From the NCBI GenBank assembly GCA_963708075.1, contig OY970194.1, positions 7,168,001 through 7,232,000 of the forward strand: a DNA stretch of 64,000 bases, read 5' to 3'. The first letter of the stretch is position 1. Every line of letters starts with the position of its first letter. This DNA comes from Sedimentisphaerales bacterium (GTDB lineage Bacteria > Planctomycetota > Phycisphaerae > Sedimentisphaerales > Anaerobacaceae). Position numbers and translations under genes: made by a program. Positions 10,201 to 17,946 of this stretch are shown here, in pieces. The notes under the pieces were generated by a model, which did not search any database, was not told the origin of the DNA, and worked only from the letters and a program-made list of their open reading frames with translations.

Positions 10201-12606
10201 GTGCGGGCAGTCGATCCGAATCAGGAGAGCTGGCTGCCGCACCGAGGGCTGGGCACTGTCCAAGTGCTGATGGACCACGCCTCGCGCCGAATCCCGGTGC
10301 GCATCGATGCTCCGACGAAGGCGCGGCCCGGCGAGGCCGTGACCGTGACGGTCGACGCAGGCCGTCCGAGCGACCCGAATCAACCTGCAATGGTGCACGT
10401 ATGGGCGGTGGATGAGGGAATCCTGCTGACCAGTGCCTATGAGACGCCTGACCTGCATGAATTCTTTCTCGGACCACGATTGGCGGGTGTCTGCACGGCC
10501 GATGTCTTCGGGTGGCTGCTGCCCGACTACAAGAGACCCGGCGGCATGACTCGCATCGGCGGCGACGGATTCGATGTGGATGCGCTTCGCCGCAGCCCGG
10601 TGCCGACGCGTAGCCGCGAGCCGGCGGTGGTCTGGCGAGAGGCGGTCCCGGTGGACAGCGAGGGCAAAGTGACGGTGCGGATGCAACTGCCCGATTTGAC
10701 CGGGCAACTGCGGATTATGGCGGTGGCCGTGGACCACGACCGATACGGCACGGGCGAACACGCCCTCACTGTCACTTCACCCCTTCTCGTGGAAGCGAGC
10801 TGGCCGCGGTTTGCCGCCCCGGGCGACCGGTTCACTGTGCCGGTCAAGCTGTTCAACTCGACGGAGAAACCTTTGGCCGTCCGGATGAAGACGACCGTCT
10901 CCGGCCCCGTTGAGTTATCTCTGGACGAGGGCGCGGAAGGTCCCACTGTTGAGGCCGGCAAGCCGGCGACGCGACTTCTGCAGGGCAGGGCGACCGGGAC
11001 GGGACCCGTGGAGGTGAAGATCGAGGCTGTCGAAGATGGGCCCGCTGCTACGCCGCTGGAGGCGCATTGCCTGGCCGCTCTGCCGGTACGTCCCGCGACC
11101 GCACTGCACTCGATAGTGGAGTTGAAGGCTGTTCCCGCAGGTCAGGAGGTCCGCGTTGAACCGCCGGACCTGTTCCTGAAGGGGACCGTTCAAATGACGG
11201 TTTCGGTGAGTGCCCGGCCGAGCGTCGAGCTGGAGGCGGCGTTGGAAGAACTGATCGGCTACCCCTATGGCTGCGTCGAGCAGACAAGCAGCCGCCTGCT
11301 GAGTCTGCTTTATGCGTCCCGAATCCTTGATCCAAATCGCGCGAAGGCAATCGATGGCATGGTGAATGCGGGCATCACCCGGCTGTGGTCCATGCAGACG
11401 CCGTCCGGCGGTCTGAGCTACTGGCCGGGCCAACCCTCGGCCTGTCTATGGGGGACTGCCTACGCCGCCTCCTGCCTGCTGGAAGCGAAGAATGCCGGCT
11501 ACCAGATCGATTCCCGCTTCACGGGCGAGCTGGTCAAGTTCCTGGAAAGCAGGCTCCGGGCAGCCGACTATGACGTTCCGGACCTGAATACAAAAGCGTT
11601 GATCTGTCACGTTCTCGCCACGTTCGGGCAGCCGCCGCACGGTTGGATGGCGAGGCTGGCGGAGCAGAAAGGCAAGCTGGATGTGGCTGCCCTGGTGCAT
11701 TTGGCGGGCGCGTTCCACGCGGCGGGCAACAAAGAGAAAGCTCTCTCGCTGCTTCCCGACGACCCGCCTGCTGCGGCGGTCGCCACGACAACGACCGGGC
11801 GATTGACATCGCAGGTTCAGCAGGAGGCTGTCTGGCTGAGCGCGCTGCTGGAGATCGATCCAAACCACCCGATGGTCACTCCGCTGGCGGCAAGCCTGAA
11901 CAAGGCTCGATCCAATGGCCAGTGGGGCAGTACCCTGAACAACGCCACAGTGATCGCGGCGCTGGCCCGCTACCAGGCCATGACGGCACGGGATCAGCCG
12001 GAATTCACGGGCGTCATCGAGGCAGAAGGCGGCCGGACTGCCCCCTTCAGCTACAAAGAGCCTGCGTCACTTGATTTACGCAGCGACGCCGGGCCAATTC
12101 GCATCACCTCCGAGGGACGCGGGACGCTCTATATCATCACAACGAGCAAGGGCCTTGTCCGGGATGACCTGGTCAAACCCTATGAGCGCCAGTTACACGT
12201 CGAGCGCCGCTGGACGGACCGCCAAGGCAAGCCGGTGGATGCAAATGGACTGGCGGTAGGCGATCTTGTGCAGGTGGAAATCACCGTGAGCACACCCGCC
12301 GGGACGGTCAATAACATCGCGATTGTGGACGCCCTTGCCGGCAGCATGGAGGTCGAGAACCCGCGGCTGGCTACCTCCGCTGAGACAGGCGAGCCCGACG
12401 GGGATTTCCCGGACCATATCGAATTCCTGGACGATCGTGTCGTGCTGTTCTGCACCGCGGATTCTCACAAGAGGACATTCAGGTATGCTCTGCGGGTGAT
12501 CACCGCCGGCGAATTTGCCCTGCCTCCCATTCAGGCGTCGTGTATGTATGACCCTGCCATCGCCTGCCTGGGAAAGGCCGGACGAGTCGTTGTCCGGGAT
12601 CGGTGA
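7267..12606 (+). CDS. Bacterial alpha-2-macroglobulin (YfhM-like)
   Basis: 1779 aa with YTDRGVYRPGETVH, AVDEGIL, the thioester motif YPYGCVEQ and C-terminal MYDP; lies directly before pbpC. Confidence 0.95.
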   Translation: MQGPSRRTLNVIAMFAAINVAGLAWIHHDLTSAPMATVRVLSASLSPGADNPDRVRLVFDRDMIAEASVGRIEKAGIFDLAPAWPGQWIWAARDRIEYILDKPFASGRVLRLRATQQVREATGRTVEGTSEFTLIACPLRLVSSEVVASDGSDITVQVTFNQPVDPGEFLRHVSLCDGKTLAVLAEPQCLTKGPQKDMVIRFARPESNCFTMVLDASLAGYEGDAGLGNSVSITREVAPGFALLHTYVGAPDLDESASVRLFFSHELGDQQGLQLEVQPAVEDFHVHLSDNALIASGKFTAGRQYTIRVPGTLLSEEGKTLGEDVSVRAEFPDYTPAIAFEHSGGILSPLGTLAVDAKGVNLEQVAVQVWRVHANNLVPHLHQADVDQTSQSVLEKTIPVKLPHNQPTKLVLGLEELLSRPLGIYRVEAWSADHRWTRDETIVTITDLAITAKRHRDGYLVWVTSLRTAEPVPGVVVSGLTYNNQKVATAKTDANGIAELQFAGRRRDGDIWVITAAKDGDLSYLQPGDNQWVIDNVDQRGRPYADHYETILYTDRGVYRPGETVHLTGVIRDTTGAIASHFPLSIKIYRPDGRRVSDLTVSRRGKDQGIFHTSFTPSAEAQTGPYQFCVTLPGSDDVLGSTSALVEAFVPVRMEVTAAPSGERFGPNTPPVVKIAGRYLWDQPAADLPVKIEGTLWPAAFESKAHPDFQFGSNHRQAPILMPAADSQLDGQGECEVQVKLPENLKAGLYAMRLSATVTEPGGRSVSSNTSATLDLLDTHVGLRLAKGQVIPVDETIPVDWILRTGRDQPATSAGMTVQLMRVEYDTALKKVDGRYVWQSVEKTQKVGEDRTIAPADAQGSFEIACPDSGMYRIVATDARSDSSTCLEFYASRESNGIQSLAMNQPERVEIITDKKKYLPGEKAKVLLRSSVPGTVLLTVETDSVIAHHAAKIAENTCELEVPLPSDLRGSAFLTATVVRAVDPNQESWLPHRGLGTVQVLMDHASRRIPVRIDAPTKARPGEAVTVTVDAGRPSDPNQPAMVHVWAVDEGILLTSAYETPDLHEFFLGPRLAGVCTADVFGWLLPDYKRPGGMTRIGGDGFDVDALRRSPVPTRSREPAVVWREAVPVDSEGKVTVRMQLPDLTGQLRIMAVAVDHDRYGTGEHALTVTSPLLVEASWPRFAAPGDRFTVPVKLFNSTEKPLAVRMKTTVSGPVELSLDEGAEGPTVEAGKPATRLLQGRATGTGPVEVKIEAVEDGPAATPLEAHCLAALPVRPATALHSIVELKAVPAGQEVRVEPPDLFLKGTVQMTVSVSARPSVELEAALEELIGYPYGCVEQTSSRLLSLLYASRILDPNRAKAIDGMVNAGITRLWSMQTPSGGLSYWPGQPSACLWGTAYAASCLLEAKNAGYQIDSRFTGELVKFLESRLRAADYDVPDLNTKALICHVLATFGQPPHGWMARLAEQKGKLDVAALVHLAGAFHAAGNKEKALSLLPDDPPAAAVATTTTGRLTSQVQQEAVWLSALLEIDPNHPMVTPLAASLNKARSNGQWGSTLNNATVIAALARYQAMTARDQPEFTGVIEAEGGRTAPFSYKEPASLDLRSDAGPIRITSEGRGTLYIITTSKGLVRDDLVKPYERQLHVERRWTDRQGKPVDANGLAVGDLVQVEITVSTPAGTVNNIAIVDALAGSMEVENPRLATSAETGEPDGDFPDHIEFLDDRVVLFCTADSHKRTFRYALRVITAGEFALPPIQASCMYDPAIACLGKAGRVVVRDR

Positions 12607-12628
12607 GCCTGAGACGTGGTTCGAAAGG

Positions 12629-14713
12629 ATGCGAAGTCCCTTGCGTACGCACGGCGAGATTATTACGAGACTGCTGAAGAGGCTGTTGCAGACACTCGCT
12701 CTCTGCGCAGTGCTCCTGGTGGTCGCTTTCATTGTGGCGTGGCACCTGTGTCCGTTCCCTCGGGAGCGCTTGCAGCGATGGTCCAGCAGTCCCAGTGTAC
12801 TCGATGCCAGGGGCAGGCAGATGTTCAGCGTCGTCGGCCCGGATGAGCAGTGGCGATATCCCGTCCGCATGGCAGATGTCTCGCCCCGGCTGATTCAGGC
12901 GACGATTGCCGTGGAGGATGAGCGATTCTATCGTCATCCGGGCGTCGATCCAACTGCCGTTTTGCGTGCGGCCGCACAGAATCTGCTGGCCGGCCGGATC
13001 GTGTCTGGGGCCTCCACGCTGGACATGCAGGTATGCCGGATGATGGACGACCGCCCTCGCACCTGCACGGCGAAAATCGTAGAGACGTTCAGAGCACTCC
13101 AACTGAATCACCTTATGAATAAGGACCAGATTCTGGAGACCTACCTGAACGTCGCGCCCTATGGCGGCAATCTGCGGGGGGTGGAAGCGGCGTCCCTGGC
13201 GTATTTCAACAAGCGGGCGAAAGACCTGTCCCTGTCCGAGGCGGCTCTGATTGCCGGCCTGCCGCAGTCGCCGAGCCGGTACCGCCCCGACAGGCACCTT
13301 GATGCAGCGATGAAACGGCAGGGGGTTGTGCTGCGTGCCATGCTCGACAGGCGGATGATTACGTCACAGCAGTTGGCGGAGGCCCAATCCAGCCGCATAC
13401 AGATCCGCCGATCTTCGCCCTTCCCGCGGGCCATCCATGCCAGTTCCCTGGCATTGAGACGAAGACCGGCAGGGGGGCAGACGACGATTGATCTGGATAT
13501 CCAGGGGCAGGTGGAGCGGCTGGCCTGTGAGCACTTGAAAATGCTGCCGGAAGGCACCGACCTGGCTGTCGTCGTGATCGATGTTGCGAATTCGGCCATC
13601 GTGGCGATGCTTGGCTCCGGCGACCCCGGTGATCCGGTCGATGGACAGGTCAATGGCGTTCTGGCGAAACGGAGCCCCGGTTCGGCACTCAAGCCCTTCA
13701 TCTACGCCACCGCATTCGAGATGGAGCGGCTCAACGGCGAATCCCTGGTGTACGATGTGCCCATTTCCCGCGGCGGCTGGACGCCCGCCAATTTCGACAG
13801 GACCCACGCAGAGCAGATCAGTGCCGCGGAGGCGCTGAGGCGGTCCCTCAACGTACCGGCAATCCTGGTCGCTGAGGAGACTGGGCTGGCCCGCTGCTGC
13901 GGCGTATTGGAGGCAGTCGGGGTCCATCTCCCTGCCGATGCTCACAAGCGTGGTGGACTGGCTCTGACCGTGGGGGCCATGGAAGTGACATTGCTGGATC
14001 TGACCAACGCGTACGCTACGCTCTCGCGTCACGGCGTCCGCCGGCAGCCCCGCCTGTTCGTGGACGAATCCGGCGATCAGACCCGCGCCCTCAAAGCCGA
14101 GGTCTGTGCCTCCATCAGCGATATCCTTTCCTCAAGGCGCCGGCAGCCGGCGATGGTGGGGGGCCCGTCCGCCGGCGATCTGCCCTGGTTCATGTGGAAG
14201 ACGGGGACCAGCTCGGGCCACCGGGATGCCTGGGCGGTCGGTCACAACTATCGATATGCAATCGGCGTCTGGGTGGGACGGTTTCGGGGGACCGGCCGAC
14301 TGGAGTACGTCGGGGCCGACGCCGCCGAACCGCTGCTGTGCAGGTTGTTCTGTCTGGTGCAACTGCGAGCCGAGGGGGACCCGCCGGCGCCGGCGGCGCT
14401 TCACGTCCGCCGGCCTCTGTCGCTGCCCAGGGAATTGATCGAGGACCTGCGGATCACCACCCCGGGTGCGAACGAGGTATTCATTGCTGTGGACGGCTCG
14501 GCGGTTGTGCACGCCCGAGCCAATCGCGATGATGACAACTCGTGGTTCCTCAACGGCAAGCTCGAAGGCAAAGGCCAAGTGCGGCGGCTCGTGTTGACCC
14601 CGGGGACCTACGAGCTTCGCTGTGTCAGCCGGCAGGGCTCATCCTCAGTAGTCACAGTCAGCGTATGCTCACCCGAAAACGCCAACGGGCGTGGTCACGC
14701 TGCGGTTCCGTGA
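12629..14713 (+). CDS. pbpC: Penicillin-binding protein 1C
   Basis: Transglycosylase motifs EDERFYRHPG, GASTLDMQ and KDQILETYLN; transpeptidase motifs SALK, SLN and KTGTS; C-terminal BiPBP-like domain; canonical A2M-pbpC pairing. Confidence 0.93.
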   Translation: MRSPLRTHGEIITRLLKRLLQTLALCAVLLVVAFIVAWHLCPFPRERLQRWSSSPSVLDARGRQMFSVVGPDEQWRYPVRMADVSPRLIQATIAVEDERFYRHPGVDPTAVLRAAAQNLLAGRIVSGASTLDMQVCRMMDDRPRTCTAKIVETFRALQLNHLMNKDQILETYLNVAPYGGNLRGVEAASLAYFNKRAKDLSLSEAALIAGLPQSPSRYRPDRHLDAAMKRQGVVLRAMLDRRMITSQQLAEAQSSRIQIRRSSPFPRAIHASSLALRRRPAGGQTTIDLDIQGQVERLACEHLKMLPEGTDLAVVVIDVANSAIVAMLGSGDPGDPVDGQVNGVLAKRSPGSALKPFIYATAFEMERLNGESLVYDVPISRGGWTPANFDRTHAEQISAAEALRRSLNVPAILVAEETGLARCCGVLEAVGVHLPADAHKRGGLALTVGAMEVTLLDLTNAYATLSRHGVRRQPRLFVDESGDQTRALKAEVCASISDILSSRRRQPAMVGGPSAGDLPWFMWKTGTSSGHRDAWAVGHNYRYAIGVWVGRFRGTGRLEYVGADAAEPLLCRLFCLVQLRAEGDPPAPAALHVRRPLSLPRELIEDLRITTPGANEVFIAVDGSAVVHARANRDDDNSWFLNGKLEGKGQVRRLVLTPGTYELRCVSRQGSSSVVTVSVCSPENANGRGHAAVP

Positions 14714-14820
14714 CGAACTCGCGGCCTTCGCCAACCCCACCTTCGGGAACTGAAAAGCACTACGCTGCGCTAATCTTGCAGCCCGTGCGGGCTGTGGCCC
14801 GACAACATCGGCGGGCGTGG

Positions 14821-15048
14821 TCAGGTCCAGATTGAGTAAATCTGATGCCAGAGGAAGATCAGGCGAGTGGCGAGGGAATGGCCTCCGAGAACCGCGCCGG
14901 CGATTACCGCCACGACTACGTAAACCGCCAGCAACAGCGCGACGACCGTGACGATGCGATGCGTGATGAGCAGCCACCGGGCCATGGGCCTGTGTTCGAG
15001 CCCTATGTGCATGGGCACAGAATCCGATCTGTCCTTGAAGCTCGGCAT
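14821..15048 (-). CDS. Small hypothetical membrane protein (75 aa)
   Basis: GGAGGAG five bases before ATG 15048; one long hydrophobic segment (IVTVVALLLAVYVVVAVIAGAVLG). Confidence 0.6.
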   Translation of the reverse strand: MPSFKDRSDSVPMHIGLEHRPMARWLLITHRIVTVVALLLAVYVVVAVIAGAVLGGHSLATRLIFLWHQIYSIWT

Positions 15049-15131
15049 CTGACTCCTCCGGATATGCGCAGACCGCAACTACAGCACTTATCGGACGCCT
15101 TGAACTCCTCCATGAAGTGCGTGCCGAAACG

Positions 15132-15146
15132 GGGGCATTTCCCCTA
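15132..15146. promoter_or_regulatory. Candidate regulator site GYAnTTnCCnYA
   Basis: gggGCAtTTcCCcTA upstream of the small membrane gene; same pattern at other intergenic sites in the window. Confidence 0.35.
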
Positions 15147-15172
15147 CTCCATGATGCCATTTTATCGCAAAC

Positions 15173-15260
15173 AAGATCAAAAGTCAAATGTCAAAACGGC
15201 GGAACCGCCTGCGGCGATGCTCTCTTACTTTTGATCTTTGAGATCTGATTCTTGATCTTC
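15173..15260. repeat. Heptamer-armed hairpin repeat element, copy C
   Basis: Core GGCGGAACCGCCTGCGGCGATGCT with the same arms; begins 5 nt after the response-regulator stop. Confidence 0.8.
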
Positions 15261-15265
15261 GTTTG

Positions 15266-15871
15266 TCAACCCACTGCCTGGCGCGCTCGTAACTGAAACA
15301 CGTCGGCTCGCTGAACCAGTTGAGCCACGTTCTTGGCGCCGAACTTGTGCATGAGACGGTGCCGGTGCGCTTCAATCGTCCTGATCGAGCGGTTCAGGGC
15401 GGTGGCGATCTGCCGGCTGGTCTTGCCCTCCACGATGTCGCGCAGCACCTGAGCTTCGATACTGGACAGCCCCTCCTGCAACGAATGGGCGGGTTTCACA
15501 GCGGCTTCCAGAACCCGCCTGACGGCGGACAGCAGGTTCTGGCGATCCAGCGGCTTTTCGAGAAAATCCGCTGCGCCCGCCTTCATTGCCGCCACGGCCA
15601 GGGGAATATCCCCATAGCTGGTCATGATAATCACCGGCAGCCAGGGGAAATGACGTTTGATATTGTGGAGCAGCGACATGCCGCCCATGCCGTCCATGAT
15701 GATATCGGCAATGACGGCGTCGCACGCCTGTTGCCCCAGGGCATCAATGCAGTCCTCGGCCGAAGAGAAAACGCTCACGTGCATACCTGAACTTTCCAGG
15801 GCTCTCTTGACGGCGGCTTGAATGCCCGGGTCATCATCCACGAGAAAGACATGTGCTTCGTGCAAATCCAT
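15266..15871 (-). CDS. FixJ/NarL-family response regulator (receiver + LuxR HTH)
   Basis: VDDD, acceptor Asp in IADIIM, MTS, FLEKP, and HTH GKTSRQIATALNRSIRTIEAHRHRLMHK. Confidence 0.93.
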   Translation of the reverse strand: MDLHEAHVFLVDDDPGIQAAVKRALESSGMHVSVFSSAEDCIDALGQQACDAVIADIIMDGMGGMSLLHNIKRHFPWLPVIIMTSYGDIPLAVAAMKAGAADFLEKPLDRQNLLSAVRRVLEAAVKPAHSLQEGLSSIEAQVLRDIVEGKTSRQIATALNRSIRTIEAHRHRLMHKFGAKNVAQLVQRADVFQLRARQAVG

Positions 15872-15893
15872 TCTCCATCCTCCTATCACCCAC

Positions 15894-16743
15894 TCAGATT
15901 CGACTTACGGGCAGGATCACCGTGAATGTGGTCCCCTCTCCATATCGGTTCTGTACTGAAATCCGTCCGCCTCTTTGGCGCACGATTCTACGTGCGATGC
16001 AAAGCCCCAGGCGGGTTCCCTTGCCTGTGGACTTCGCGGCAGCGAACGGGTCAAAGATCTGTTGCAGACACGCCGGATCGATTCCGCCGCAATCATCCTG
16101 AAAATCGAGGGCAATTCGGCCATCCTGTTGCGCTCCGGTGATCAGGAGGCGGTGGTCGCTCCTGCCATCTGCCGCCAGCAGGGCATCCTGGATCAGAGCG
16201 AAGAAAAGCTGCTCGCAATCACTTTCTCGCATCCGAATCGCAGGCAAGGCGTCCAGGTTCTCTGTCCGCAGATGAACCCGCGCCTGCTGTGCACTTGGCT
16301 CCAACAAGCGAAAAACCCTCTCCGCGATGTGACTGACGCAAACGTCGGTTCTCGATGGTCCTGGGAAGCCATCCAACGGTGCCACGGGAGTTCTTGATGA
16401 CCGTCGCTACGGTCGTGGAAGCCGCAAGCGCGATCTGCAAGTCCCGTTTGACGGCGGCCGAGCAATTCGATTTGACCGATTCGGCCAACGCATTCTGGAT
16501 GGCCAGTTGGATGACGCTGATCGGTTGCGCCAACTCCTGGAGCAGTGTGGTGCCGAACATATCGAGCGAGCCAAACGGCTGCGCGTGCGCCGTGTTCGCG
16601 CGCGACTCTTGCCGCTCCTCCGGAGTCGGGTGCTGTGCGACAGGCGCAGTGGGCTCCAATTGCGGCGATTCGCTGCTTGTCAACTGGATGTGAGCACTGT
16701 CTTCTCTTACGCCTGGCTGTTGATCTCTATCACGATCGGCCAC
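15894..16743 (-). CDS. Sensor-less histidine-kinase-like protein with degenerate H, N and G2 boxes (frameshift near 16350)
   Basis: HisKA-like TTLLQELAQPISVI and HATPase_c-like EQLFFALIQDA, DDCGGI, IFDPF, GTRLGL, GGRISV, GTTFTV, split over two frames. Confidence 0.75.
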
Positions 16744-16980
16744 GCAACACTCATGATTCGCTTCAAATCCATGACATCCTTACCTCCGTTTCCACACTGG
16801 CTCCAGTTCCAGCCGATCCGCTTCCTTGCGGGCCGCGTGTACTCTATGGAAGGGCAGCGTAATTTGCAAGAGAAAAATCTGCGTGCCGCTGTTTTCGAGT
16901 GGATGGCCGCACGAGCGGTGATTTGCCGTGGTGTTCTCGTGACGCGAGGAAGGGCCGCGCATGCCGGGGCTGCCTGTCAC

Positions 16981-17048
16981 TGAGTAGTTGCCGCATCGCG
17001 CGACGCAGAAAAATGGAAGATGGCGGTGCAAATCGGGTAGTTACCACA
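16981..17048. promoter_or_regulatory. Two candidate regulator sites (GYAnTTnCCnYA) upstream of the kinase/regulator pair
   Basis: tgaGTAgTTgCCgCA (16981-16995) and cggGTAgTTaCCaCA (17034-17048). Confidence 0.4.
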
Positions 17049-17438
17049 ATTGATGTTGCGCCGGCCCGCCGGTATCTTGGCGACTACACCATGGATTGGG
17101 GGCCTGCCCGATGAGGGCAGGAGTCACACGGAAGTGACCTTTATGTTACTGGGACGTGCAGGAGCACTCGCGACGGCAGTCAGTGGGTGTCGCACAGCCA
17201 GTTACGTACAAATGCCCCGTTGTCACCGACGGGCCCCGGAGGCTTGCTTGTGCACGGGCATGGGCGATAGCTTCGACATCGTCTCCGGCGCCGCCAGGAG
17301 GGCTCCGAAGCTCTTTCGAACGACAGGGACCGAGTTCCTCTTTCGCTTCGTCATGGAGCCGCGCAAGAGGCTGTCCCACCAGGCAACTCTTCTGCGCTTC
17401 TTGTTCAGAGTTATCAGGATGAGGGTATCGGAGGCAAC

Positions 17439-17675
17439 ATGAGTGCACGTCGATCACACGACAGGATCAGACCCCAAGTGTCCGCGGATAGAGTGGGACC
17501 CTGGCGTCCTTCAGTTCCACTAAGCAGGTATCTGGATGTCCTTCTGATGCCCCGGGAGGAATCTCAGTCTTATCCGGATCCGATCGCCGCGCTTCAGGTC
17601 GATCAGAGCGCGACCATGTTGACGCCGGATGAACGCTCCGAGATCACAAGCATTGTCCAGCGCACCGGGGCATAA
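17439..17675 (+). CDS. Small hypothetical protein (78 aa)
   Basis: GGAGG shortly before the ATG and an ATGA overlap with a short upstream ORF; no recognisable family. Confidence 0.35.
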   Translation: MSARRSHDRIRPQVSADRVGPWRPSVPLSRYLDVLLMPREESQSYPDPIAALQVDQSATMLTPDERSEITSIVQRTGA

Positions 17676-17946
17676 CCCGGTGTCCACACCATTCACGCAG
17701 AACCTCTGGTTGCGGAGAAATGTCATGTGATGCGCAGTTGATGTGCGTCTCAACGGCACCATCCTGTTGAGCTGAGATTCCATACTTATCGATGCGCGGA
17801 TCATCGCGCGCCGCTCTGAAGGCAGTCGCAACAACCTGTGTGCGACTGCCTTCTTGCATTATGGAGAAAAAGATGTCCCTGCCGGGCGGTCGAAGCTAAG
17901 ATGTCTGCGGACGGCTTCGATGTATCCATGGTAAAGGAGACAAGGA

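Noticed and set aside
7267..14713. A2M-PBP1C as a novel system
   Set aside because: A well-known conserved gene pair with canonical motifs.
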